Assembly (NCBI GenBank): GCA_026625185.1
Contig: CP113000.1
Coordinates: 765,622 to 797,621, forward strand
Direction of reading: 5' to 3'
Length of the DNA: 32,000 nucleotides
Source of the DNA: Thermodesulfobacteriota bacterium
GTDB taxonomy: Bacteria; Desulfobacterota; WTBG01; JAGOGO01
Shown: positions 23,821-31,957 of the stretch, piece after piece
How positions within the stretch are numbered: the stretch's first letter is position 1
How the letters are laid out: each line of letters opens with the position of its first letter
Program-made: the position numbers and the translations under genes
The notes under the pieces: generated by a model
What the model was told of the DNA's origin: nothing
Database searches by the model: none
What the model saw: only the letters and a program-made list of their open reading frames with translations

Positions 23821-24579
23821 GTGCTAATGATGCTTACTGATAACATCCGAAAATTTTTAAAAGAACATTTCCGGGAATTTCCGGTTAAGGAAGTAAGGAT
23901 TGGTTTGGGCTATACCGGGGTTCTTTTGGACAATGGTAATGCTGGAGTAGCATACACCTTCAAACAAGGGCTTTTTGAGGGGTGCTCGATGTTTATGGGG
24001 AATCGGCCTCTGGCTGGAAAATCCTCCCATACGTTTTTGGATTATATTGGTTCACCAGTAGCAGTAGAGTCCGCAGTAGGGATTGCTACCGCCAATGCTC
24101 TCGTTAATTACCAAATGGATTGGGGTAACGAGGGGGATGTTTTAGATATACTCCACATCAAAAAAGAAGATCGAGTTGGGATGGTTGGTTTTTTTGGTCC
24201 TTTGGTTCCAACCTTAAAACAATTAGCGAGAGAATTAGTTATTTTTGAACAAACCCCCACAAAAATGAATGGGTTGTTCCCCGCAGAACTGGCGTACAAG
24301 GAATTACCTGCCTGTGATATCGCCCTTATCACCTCGACCTCACTTATTAATGGAACACTGGAATCACTTCTTAATGTCTCACATAAGTGTCGGGAAGTTG
24401 TGCTTCTGGGACCCTCCACCCTTCTTCTTAAGGAGATTTTCGAACCTTTAGGAGTAACCTTGCTCTCCGGGGTCATTATAACTGATCCTCCTGGCATTCT
24501 CCAAATCATAAGCGAAGGGGGAGGAATGAGGTTTTTTAAAAATCACATTAAAAAACTAAATATCCGGCTGAAATCTTGA
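23821..24579 (+). CDS. DUF4213/DUF364-family protein (Rossmann-like 'putative heavy-metal chelation' domain)
   Basis: 252-aa ORF. The N-terminal VKEVRIGLGYTGVLLDNGNAGVAYTF matches the DUF4213 pattern. The C-terminal half (VGMVGFFGP...ALITSTSLINGTLESLL) matches the DUF364 Rossmann-like pattern (recalled). Confidence 0.65.
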   Translation: MLMMLTDNIRKFLKEHFREFPVKEVRIGLGYTGVLLDNGNAGVAYTFKQGLFEGCSMFMGNRPLAGKSSHTFLDYIGSPVAVESAVGIATANALVNYQMDWGNEGDVLDILHIKKEDRVGMVGFFGPLVPTLKQLARELVIFEQTPTKMNGLFPAELAYKELPACDIALITSTSLINGTLESLLNVSHKCREVVLLGPSTLLLKEIFEPLGVTLLSGVIITDPPGILQIISEGGGMRFFKNHIKKLNIRLKS

Positions 24580-24609
24580 CAGCTCGGGAGTAAGACTGCT
24601 TCTCCGCGA

Positions 24610-24879
24610 ATGCCCGGGAAAAATGCGGTAGTTTATTGTAACTACGGGGGAACGCGTACCGGAGTTAAGGAAGCGATTCTGGCGCTAAAATACCTGGCTC
24701 AGCTTTTAGATCACCTTGGTTTTGGGATTCTGGATGAATGGTATATGGTAGGCGAGTATTTGCCGAAAAAGTTTAAAGACTTTAATCGCAGTGGTCGGCT
24801 GGGAGATTTTCGAGGAAGGCCGAATGCTGATGCTTTAAAGGCGATAGCAGGAAGAGGGAAAGGAATATTAAAGGGTTAA
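24610..24879 (+). pseudogene. C-terminal half of a flavodoxin-family protein (probable 5'-truncated remnant)
   Basis: 89-aa ORF. GKNAVVYCNYGG...EWYMVGEY...SGRLGDFRGRPNADAL resembles the C-terminal half of a flavodoxin-like family (..EWxVVGEF..GRLGDIxGRPN..). The N-terminal FMN-phosphate loop region is absent. The repeat-junction motif GTAAGACTGCTTCTCCGC lies immediately upstream. Confidence 0.4.
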
Positions 24880-24921
24880 TGATAATCAATTGTCTGACCT
24901 AAAACTGCGAGCTGTAATTGC

Positions 24922-25188
24922 ATGGGAGATTATTCGGTTCGATACAAAAACTCAAAATTTTCTCATCAGAAGATTGAAGTAGACGGAACGTCTTATAGCA
25001 ACTGTGAGTTTGAAAACTGTATTATTGTTTTAGAAAAAGGGGAAACTGACCTTGAAGGTTGTAAGTTCAAGGACTGCAAACTGATGCTTCGGGGCAATGC
25101 GTACACTATAGGAAAAATAATAAAACTTTTTACCCAAAAAAGCCCATTAAAAGTATTAGATTTTGACGAACCATTGTTTGAAAAGTAA
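24922..25188 (+). CDS. Hypothetical small protein with short Cys-containing internal repeats (NCEFENC, GCKFKDCKL)
   Basis: 88-aa ORF from the track. I recognise no family. The repeated xCxFxxC pattern hints at a small beta-helical or pentapeptide-like fold (speculative). Confidence 0.35.
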   Translation: MGDYSVRYKNSKFSHQKIEVDGTSYSNCEFENCIIVLEKGETDLEGCKFKDCKLMLRGNAYTIGKIIKLFTQKSPLKVLDFDEPLFEK

Positions 25189-25327
25189 AACTCCTTTTCC
25201 TAAAAGTCTGCCTGTGCCGGGTAGACAGGGAGGTTGAGGAGGAAATACTGAAGCTAAAAACAAAGCAAGGGAGGTGGTTATGAATTTACTCGGTGTGAAA
25301 AAGCGTAAGAATTTTTAATTTTACTCC

Positions 25328-25364
25328 CTGCTTCTCCGCACGGAGCTTTTCTAATGAGGTAAAC
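25328..25364. repeat. Repeat family 1, right-end fragment (CTGCTTCTCCGCACGGAGCTTTTCTAATGAGGTAAAC)
   Basis: TTTCTAATGAGGTAAAC aligns with the right terminal repeat of copies A-C. CTGCTTCTCCGC is identical to 24596-24607. Confidence 0.55.
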
Positions 25365-25463
25365 ATTACTTGTTTATTATAACGATTAAACGGGTTGTGA
25401 AAGTGATAGGTTAAAAGGATCGGTCCAAAATATTTTTTTTAAATAAAGGAAGGAAAAAGAAAA

Positions 25464-25832
25464 ATGAAGGTAGCAATTTTAGCATGCAAAAATATCAAAG
25501 ATGAAAGCTGCTTTGGCTGCCACCGCTGCCTTACGGCATTTGATAAAAGAGAAGGCGAGTTTAAGCGTTACAAAGATAACCCCGATTTTAGGCTAAGAGC
25601 AATACTCCACTGTGGGGGATGTCCGGGCATGGCCCCGGTTAACCGCCTTGCTAACCTTAAAACTTGGATGGCCCCTCTGGGTGAAACTATTGATGTGATC
25701 CATATTGGAACCTGTCTGACCAAAAACTGTCCTTACAAAGACTCCATCTTGGCAAAAGTAAAGGAGAAGGCGGGCGTGGAGGTGATTGAAGGCACGCACT
25801 CCTATATGCCACCGACAATTTTTGGGACTTAA
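25464..25832 (+). CDS. CGGC-domain protein
   Basis: 122-aa ORF with the cysteine pattern CxxC (CFGCHRC) and the eponymous HCGGCPG motif. The start (MKVAILAC) is typical of the CGGC family. Confidence 0.8.
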   Translation: MKVAILACKNIKDESCFGCHRCLTAFDKREGEFKRYKDNPDFRLRAILHCGGCPGMAPVNRLANLKTWMAPLGETIDVIHIGTCLTKNCPYKDSILAKVKEKAGVEVIEGTHSYMPPTIFGT

Positions 25833-25836
25833 GTGT

Positions 25837-26361
25837 ATGGGGTTGTATAGATTTGGCGATCGAATACCTGTGGTGAAAAAGGACTCTTATGTCAGTGATT
25901 CGGCGCAGGTGATTGGTGATGTGGTGATAGAAAGTGACTGCTATATCGGTCATGGTGCAATCCTTCGCGGTGATTATGGCAGCATCCGCGTAGGAGAAGG
26001 GACAGCGGTTGAAGAAAACGCTGTCATCCACATCCAGCCCAACTGCGTGAGCCTTATTGGAAGAAAGGTAACCATTGGGCACGGTGCGATTGTGCATTGC
26101 AAACGAATTAATGACTTTGCCGTCATCGGCATGGGAGCCGTCTTGAGTTTTGATGTGGAGATTGGGGAGTGGGCTATCGTGGGTGAAGGGTGCGTTGTGC
26201 CGGCGGGTACGAAAATTTCTTCGGAAAAAATCATGATGGGAGTTCCGGCAAAAATTGTCGGAGAGGTTCACCAGGGCCAGAAAGATTTCTGGCTGTATGG
26301 GAAGCAACTTTACATTGATCTCGCCCATCGCTACGGAAAGAATTTTGAAAGGATCAGTTGA
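25837..26361 (+). CDS. Gamma-class carbonic anhydrase-like / hexapeptide-repeat protein (YrdA/PaaY/CaiE family)
   Basis: I place the start at ATG 25837 (MGLYRFGDRIPVV...), which matches the family's usual N-terminus, rather than the track's 25786. Left-handed beta-helix hexapeptide periodicity is visible, and His residues sit at the expected metal-ligand spacing (VIHIQ...IGHGAIVH). Confidence 0.8.
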   Translation: MGLYRFGDRIPVVKKDSYVSDSAQVIGDVVIESDCYIGHGAILRGDYGSIRVGEGTAVEENAVIHIQPNCVSLIGRKVTIGHGAIVHCKRINDFAVIGMGAVLSFDVEIGEWAIVGEGCVVPAGTKISSEKIMMGVPAKIVGEVHQGQKDFWLYGKQLYIDLAHRYGKNFERIS

Positions 26362-26371
26362 TGTCTCACAC

Positions 26372-26440
26372 TTCCTCCATAAAGATACTATCTTGGCGAA
26401 GGTAAAGGAAAAGGCCGGGGGTGGAGATGATTGAAGTCTC
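26372..26440 (+). pseudogene. Frameshifted 3' remnant of a second CGGC-domain gene
   Basis: CCTCCATAAAGATACTATCTTGGCGAAGGTAAAGGAAAAGGCCGGGGGTGGAGATGATTGAAG aligns at about 80% identity with 25735-25797 of the intact CGGC gene (PYKDSILAKVKEKAGVEVIEG versus HKDTILAKVKEKAGGGDD*). The remnant carries a 1-nt insertion. Confidence 0.65.
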
Positions 26441-26456
26441 CCAAGGAGACTAAGAA

Positions 26457-27173
26457 ATGTATGAAACCTTAAAAGTGAAATTTAAAGCTATCGTGGATAA
26501 ACACAACTGGAGCGCGGAAGAAATCACGGTGACTGCCAATACACTTTCTCCGGAAGAGGCTATCGGCAATCCCGAAGAAGATGACTATCCCATTTTAAAA
26601 GGCAGGGAGCGAATAGTGGAAGCTAAGTTTCGGGGAGCCCGGGGCCATGCGTTTACTGATATGTTCGGAAACTACCGGGGTACCATCAATGAGATTATCG
26701 GAATGGAAATGAAAAACAATTTCCGGCGGGCGATATTCGTGGCTACCTTGAATGCAATATTGCGTCATTTGGGGGTGGTAGAGAGCACCGTTCATTGCAA
26801 GGACCGTGTTCCTCAGGAATGCAGTAAAATTTTAGTAGAAAAAATCCGCTCTGTGTTTGGAAACCCGAAAGTTCTTCTGGTTGGTTTTCAACCCCGGATG
26901 GCCGAGGCTTTAGCGCAGGAGTTCTCCTTACGGATCACTGATCTGGATGTTGCGAACATAGGAACCAAAAAGTTTGGGGTACTAATTCAGTCTCCTCAGG
27001 AGGCGGTGCAGAATATTGAGTGGTGCAACTTGATGGTGGTAACTGGGAGCACTGCGGTGAATAACACCATGCAGGAATTTATCGGAAAAAAGCCGGTAAT
27101 TTTTTATGGAGTAACGGTGGCTGGACCGGCATACCTGTTAGGGTTGAATCGTTTTTGCCCCTTTGGAGACTAA
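26457..27173 (+). CDS. DUF364-like Rossmann-domain protein (divergent paralog of 23821-24579)
   Basis: 238-aa ORF. The C-terminal half (VLLVGFQPRM...LMVVTGSTAVNNTMQEF...FYGVT) parallels VGMVGFFGP...ALITSTSLINGTLESLL...LLGPS of the upstream DUF364 protein. The N-terminal domain differs. Confidence 0.5.
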   Translation: MYETLKVKFKAIVDKHNWSAEEITVTANTLSPEEAIGNPEEDDYPILKGRERIVEAKFRGARGHAFTDMFGNYRGTINEIIGMEMKNNFRRAIFVATLNAILRHLGVVESTVHCKDRVPQECSKILVEKIRSVFGNPKVLLVGFQPRMAEALAQEFSLRITDLDVANIGTKKFGVLIQSPQEAVQNIEWCNLMVVTGSTAVNNTMQEFIGKKPVIFYGVTVAGPAYLLGLNRFCPFGD

Positions 27174-27393
27174 TTTATGTTTGGTTGTTTTTTTGATGGA
27201 GGTTGTATGGATCAGAAAGCATCTAAAGCCAACCCCCTTGGGGGTTCCTCTGGAGGTTAGAGGAAAGGTGAAAAAAATTAAGGGACGGAAGGTGGTATTG
27301 GAAGCCACCGTGACGGCGGAGGGAAAGGTTTGTGCGAAGGGGGAAGAAGTGGGAGTTCAGATGCCTGAGGAAATGAAGCAGACAGGCTTTTAG
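27163..27393 (+). pseudogene. C-terminal fragment of a hotdog-fold (PaaI-like) thioesterase
   Basis: 76-aa ORF. MEVVWIRKHLKPTPLGVPLEVRGKVKKIKGRKVVLEATVTAEGKVCAKGE looks like the last two or three strands of a PaaI/4HBT hotdog domain. The N-terminal helix region is missing. It overlaps the previous gene's end in another frame. Confidence 0.4.
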
Positions 27394-27477
27394 GTTGCGT
27401 TTTATTAACTTTTTTGGATATAGTTTTTGTTATCGGTCGGTTATCGGATTATTAATCGATAAAAAAATGAGGGGAAT

Positions 27478-28929
27478 TTAACCTTCTCCCCCTTTTCCCC
27501 GGGCCAGGGAAGCAAATATCCCGCCAAAAGAAAGGATCGTAAAGACCGTAAAGATTACTTTCACACTTTTTAAAAACTGCGGATAGTGTGGGGGAGTAAT
27601 CTCCACTTTTCCAATTAAGAGAGCAAAGATCACCATAGTTATTCCCATGCTGAACATCATTCCGGTTGACCGCATGGTTGCGAGTATCCCTGATGCTACT
27701 CCGAAAAACTTTTTTTCCACCGAACCCATCACGGAATTGGTATTGGGAGAGGAAAAAAAAGCAAAGCCTAACCCACTTAGAACTAACGTAATAATGATAA
27801 ATCCTAAGGTCGTCTTTTCATCTAAAAACATAAAAAGGAGAAGGCCTGCTGTGATTAACCCCATTCCGCTTGAGGCAACGATGCGCGGCTCCAAGCGATC
27901 GGAAAGCCGACCCGCAAAAGGAGAAAACAACGCCATCACCAAGGGTTGGGAGATTAAAACGAGACCGGCATGATGAGGATTTAACCCTTTTATATACTGC
28001 AGGTAAAGACTTAAGATAAAACCGGTGGCAAACGTAGCGCTATAATTAATGAAGGCGGCTAAACTTGAAAATGTAAGGACGGTATTTTTTCTCAACATCC
28101 CAATCGCTAATACTGGATCATCAACCTTTATCTCCCATTGCAAGAAGGCCATAATGCCAATAATTCCCCCTAAGACCACCCCGAGGCCCAGGACCGAAGG
28201 CAAAAGGGAAAATCCGTACATGATTGCAACAAGAGAAAAAGAATAGATAACAGCGCCGACAAGATCGAACTTTTCCCCTTTAGCTTCCGACCAATCACTA
28301 TCCATTTTGGTAAAGAGCAGATAAATTATTATTACTGCGAGGGGTACGACGGCAAGAAAAATACTCCTCCAACCAAAATATTCCGTGAGCAACCCCCCAA
28401 AAAAGGGACCAACGGAAAGCCCAAAATAAACCGAAGCAACATTAATACCCAACACCCGCCCGCGTTCACCGGAAGGGTATACTGAGGTAAGAATCGCTAC
28501 GCCGGTACTAAAAATCATGGCACTTCCGATTCCATGTAACAGCCGAAAGGCAATAAGCACCTGTGCCGACTGAGATGAGGCCGTTAAAAGTGAGGAAACT
28601 AAAAAAATAAGCATGCCCAAAGTAAAAATTTTCTTTCTTCCATAAATGTCCGCAATCCGTCCAAAAGGCACCAAAAGTATCGCTACTGCTAAGAGATAAG
28701 CAGTGGTAATCCAGCTTAATAAGACTGAATTCATGGAAAATTCTTTACCGATAGCGGGAAGCGCAATATTTACCGAAGAACCCATGAAAGGAGCGAGAAA
28801 AGAAGCCAGCGTTGCAATAAGGAGGACGTATTTTTTTGTTGCTTCTCTTTTTGATGGATTAGAATCAGAAAGTAAAATTTCGTTCATGAGAAGATTACCG
28901 TGCAAAGCAATTTTCCTAAAAAATTCCAA
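27478..28929 (-). CDS. MFS transporter (size consistent with the 14-TMS drug:H+ antiporter type)
   Basis: 483-aa highly hydrophobic ORF with MFS motif A (PFGRIADIYGRKK). The true start may be the internal Met (MNEILL...). Confidence 0.8.
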   Translation of the reverse strand: MEFFRKIALHGNLLMNEILLSDSNPSKREATKKYVLLIATLASFLAPFMGSSVNIALPAIGKEFSMNSVLLSWITTAYLLAVAILLVPFGRIADIYGRKKIFTLGMLIFLVSSLLTASSQSAQVLIAFRLLHGIGSAMIFSTGVAILTSVYPSGERGRVLGINVASVYFGLSVGPFFGGLLTEYFGWRSIFLAVVPLAVIIIYLLFTKMDSDWSEAKGEKFDLVGAVIYSFSLVAIMYGFSLLPSVLGLGVVLGGIIGIMAFLQWEIKVDDPVLAIGMLRKNTVLTFSSLAAFINYSATFATGFILSLYLQYIKGLNPHHAGLVLISQPLVMALFSPFAGRLSDRLEPRIVASSGMGLITAGLLLFMFLDEKTTLGFIIITLVLSGLGFAFFSSPNTNSVMGSVEKKFFGVASGILATMRSTGMMFSMGITMVIFALLIGKVEITPPHYPQFLKSVKVIFTVFTILSFGGIFASLARGKGGEG

Positions 28930-29426
28930 TTACCAAAACCCAGAGAAAATATTTTCCCTCTAAGCTTCTATATAAAAAAAAGTGTATAAAAGATAAATTT
29001 ATTTTTTACTGACAAAAATTAGTTAATTAAATGATTTTTATCTTTAAGTTTTAGTTAATGGCATGTTCTAAATAAATTTCTTAGGAAGATTTTAGAAAGA
29101 GCCATTTTTTTGGGTAAGAAATTTGTTAAAAAAAGCTAACATATAATCTTATCAAGGTGTTTTTTCAATAAATTTTTTAATTTTTAGAAAATTCGAATGA
29201 CTGTCTGGGAATTTACCCCGGGAAATCTGTGCTGGTTTATCAATGGAACCATCTTTCAGGGAAAAACCCATGGGGCTTGGTAGGGAGAATTAAATTTTCT
29301 CTGGAATTTTAGCCAGTTAAGCCGGCTAATTTGTTGTGTTGCTGAAAAGTTTGGGTTGGGGGGGGAAGCAACCTTCTTGGCCAAGGTAAGTAAAAATAAA
29401 TAATTTGTTAAATAGGAGAAAGCATC

Positions 29427-30314
29427 ATGACGTGGCTTCCATATCTGTCATATATCTCCGTGCTGGTCCTCGTTGTAGGAATTTTCGCAAAAGTAATAAA
29501 ATACCTTAGAATGCCAATCCATCTCCGGTGGGAGCTTTATCCTATTCCCCATGAAAAAAAGGATGGCTCCTATTTTGAAGAAGTTGACTGGTGGAAAAAG
29601 CCCCGGAAGAAGCACTATCTTAATCAGATTATCTTTATGGCCCAGGAGATACTTTTTATCCGGGCACTTTATCATCATAACCGGAAGATGTGGTACGCTT
29701 CTTTTCCCTTTCATTTTGGTCTCTACCTAGTGATTGGGTGGCTAGCGCTTCTCGTGGGGGGGGCGTTGCTTAAAATTTTTTGGGTGGCAAGCGGCTTGGC
29801 TGAAACGTTACTGGCTGTGGCGGTTGTTGTGGGAGTAACAGGGATGATCTTAGGGATAATAGGATGTGTTGGGTTGCTCATAATTCGCGCAACCAGTTCC
29901 GATTTGCATGGTTATACCGCCCCGGTTGACTACTTCAATATTCTTTTTATTTTTGCTGTGTTGGGAAGCGGCATCATTGCCTGGGTGTCTGCTGATCCTC
30001 GTTTTTCAATTGTTCAAGAGTATATTCGCCGACTGATCACTTTCAGCGCGGCAACAACAACAAGTAAAACCATCGCCTGGCACATTGCGCTTTTTTCTCT
30101 CTTTCTTATTTATCTGCCCTTCACGCATATGACCCACTTTTTCATGAAATATTTCATGTGGGATAAAGTGCGGTTTGAAGACGAACCAAATTTTCGTGGC
30201 AGCGATATGGAAGGCAAGATTGCAAAAGCATTAACCTACACACAAAACTGGTCAGCTCCGCATATTCAAACCGGCAAGAAATGGAGTGAGACAGCTTCAA
30301 AGGGAGTAGAATAA
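29427..30314 (+). CDS. NarI/DsrM-like integral membrane heme-b protein
   Basis: 295-aa ORF with SD AGGAGA. It has multiple TM helices with conserved His (HLRWELYP, FPFHFGL, THMTHFF), typical of the nitrate-reductase-gamma-like family. It is directly coupled to an HdrD/DsrK-like gene (TAA immediately followed by ATG). Confidence 0.65.
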   Translation: MTWLPYLSYISVLVLVVGIFAKVIKYLRMPIHLRWELYPIPHEKKDGSYFEEVDWWKKPRKKHYLNQIIFMAQEILFIRALYHHNRKMWYASFPFHFGLYLVIGWLALLVGGALLKIFWVASGLAETLLAVAVVVGVTGMILGIIGCVGLLIIRATSSDLHGYTAPVDYFNILFIFAVLGSGIIAWVSADPRFSIVQEYIRRLITFSAATTTSKTIAWHIALFSLFLIYLPFTHMTHFFMKYFMWDKVRFEDEPNFRGSDMEGKIAKALTYTQNWSAPHIQTGKKWSETASKGVE

Positions 30315-31925
30315 ATGAAGAAAAATAAACTCACGTTAAAAGATATGAGTACCGCGTCCGGACAATTGGTGGAACTTAAACAGGAAGAGTTTATGAAGCT
30401 TCCAAATCCGTATGATACTCCAGAAGCTCAACCTCCTCTAAAATCTTTAAGCGACGAGGTGCGGGAGAAATTTGAATGTGACCTTGATGGCTTCATGGCC
30501 ATCAAAATTATCCGGCCAAAGAGCCGAGAAGAAGAAGAACGATTAGTTAACAAATTTTTAGACGGGTTACGTAAGCTCCTCAGCAAGGAAAACAATTGGA
30601 CTTTTTTTATGCCGCTTATGCTTTCTTTGGAATACTGCGCAAAGTGCCAGACCTGTAGTGATGCGTGTCCCATCTACGTGTCGAGCGGGAAAAACGAGGT
30701 TTATCGGCCCACGTTTCGCTCGGAGGCTCTCCGTAGCATTGTCGATAAGTACATTCGAAAAAAAGGCAGCCTTTATCTCAAAATGACCGGCAATGAAATT
30801 GAACTCAACTGGAAGATGGTAGCACGACTGGCTGAGCTTGCCTATCGGTGTACACTTTGTCGAAGATGCGCTCAAACCTGCCCCATCGGAGTGGACAACG
30901 GCCTTATCACACATGAGTTGAGAAAGCTCTTTAGTCAGGAGCTGGGGATAGCCCCGGAAGAGATCCACGCTAAAGGTTCGGTTCAACACCTGCAAAAAGG
31001 CTCCTCCACCGGCATGATCAAGCAGGCATTTGCGGACACTCTTGAGTTCTTGGAGGATGACATTGAGGAGAAAATCGGCCGAAGAATAACCATGCCGATT
31101 GATAAAAAAGGAGCGGAAATTCTTCTCATCCACAATGCCGGCGAGTACCTCTCCTGGCCGGAAAATCCCTCGGCTTTCGCGATCATTTTCGACGCTGCCG
31201 GCGTTGACTATACCTTATCGAGTGAAATTGTAGGGTACGATGCGGTCAATTACGGGCTGTGGTATGACGATTTCCAGCTTGCTCGGGTTGCCTTAAAACA
31301 CGCACAGATTGCTAAGGATTTAGGGGTCAAAAAGATTGTGGTGGGAGAATGTGGACATGCTCACAAAGCTATTTCCGTGATCGCCGACCGGATTCTCATT
31401 GGCGACCTCAATATTCCCCGGGAAAGCTGTATTCCAATTTTGGAAGACATTGTTGTCAACGAAAAAATCAAGCTCGATCCCCGTAAAAATAATTTTCCGG
31501 TGACCCTTCATGACCCTTGTAATATGGTAAGGCTTATGGGGATTGTTGAGCCACAGAGAAGAATATTAAGAAAGATTGCCCCCCGGTTTCGAGAAATGGA
31601 ACCTCATGGAGTGGAAAATTACTGTTGCGGCGGCGGAAGCGGTTTTGCCATCATGCCTTCTCTCAATTTCCCGGACTGGAGATCGGGTGTGTCTGCCCGG
31701 ATGAAGTTTAAACAAATTCTTGATGCTTTTCAGGATGTTATTGACCCGAGCATCAAAAAAATGGTGTGCGCCCCCTGTTCTAATTGTAAAGGAGCAATTC
31801 GAGATCTGTTGGCGTATTACAATGCCTGGGAAAAAACCGGGATTGCTTATACAGGATTAGTCGAATTTATTGTCAATGCCATGGTAGATGTTAAAGAGCC
31901 ATACATCGAATGGCCGGAATTTTAA
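30315..31925 (+). CDS. DsrK/HdrD-like iron-sulfur oxidoreductase (two ferredoxin-type 4Fe-4S motifs plus CCG domains)
   Basis: 536-aa ORF. The motifs are CAKCQTCSDACP and CTLCRRCAQTCP, then the CCG-domain cysteines HDPCNM...YCCGGGSG...CAPCSNCKG. Confidence 0.75.
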   Translation: MKKNKLTLKDMSTASGQLVELKQEEFMKLPNPYDTPEAQPPLKSLSDEVREKFECDLDGFMAIKIIRPKSREEEERLVNKFLDGLRKLLSKENNWTFFMPLMLSLEYCAKCQTCSDACPIYVSSGKNEVYRPTFRSEALRSIVDKYIRKKGSLYLKMTGNEIELNWKMVARLAELAYRCTLCRRCAQTCPIGVDNGLITHELRKLFSQELGIAPEEIHAKGSVQHLQKGSSTGMIKQAFADTLEFLEDDIEEKIGRRITMPIDKKGAEILLIHNAGEYLSWPENPSAFAIIFDAAGVDYTLSSEIVGYDAVNYGLWYDDFQLARVALKHAQIAKDLGVKKIVVGECGHAHKAISVIADRILIGDLNIPRESCIPILEDIVVNEKIKLDPRKNNFPVTLHDPCNMVRLMGIVEPQRRILRKIAPRFREMEPHGVENYCCGGGSGFAIMPSLNFPDWRSGVSARMKFKQILDAFQDVIDPSIKKMVCAPCSNCKGAIRDLLAYYNAWEKTGIAYTGLVEFIVNAMVDVKEPYIEWPEF

Positions 31926-31927
31926 TT

Positions 31928-31957
31928 GACGTTGATAATCAAAAACGTCTTTTTTTT
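31928..31957 (+). terminator. Rho-independent terminator after the DsrK-like gene
   Basis: GACGTT-(10 nt loop)-AACGTC followed by T8, starting 3 nt after the stop codon. Confidence 0.6.

Noticed and set aside
24577-24612. The TGA stop of the DUF364 gene is in frame with the downstream flavodoxin-like ORF. This could mean a second read-through, a Sec site or a fusion.
   Set aside because: In-frame placement has a 1-in-3 chance. The intervening 30 nt is repeat-junction sequence. No convincing hairpin with a G/U-containing apical loop follows. The TGA is not at a position where I know a conserved Cys.
25687-26328. A 213-aa minus-strand ORF antisense to the CGGC and gamma-CA-like genes
   Set aside because: Hexapeptide-repeat genes commonly leave long open antisense frames. 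The plus-strand product has clear family motifs and this one has none.
30567-31133. A 188-aa minus-strand ORF inside the DsrK-like gene
   Set aside because: It is antisense to a CDS with unambiguous Fe-S/CCG motifs and has no independent support.
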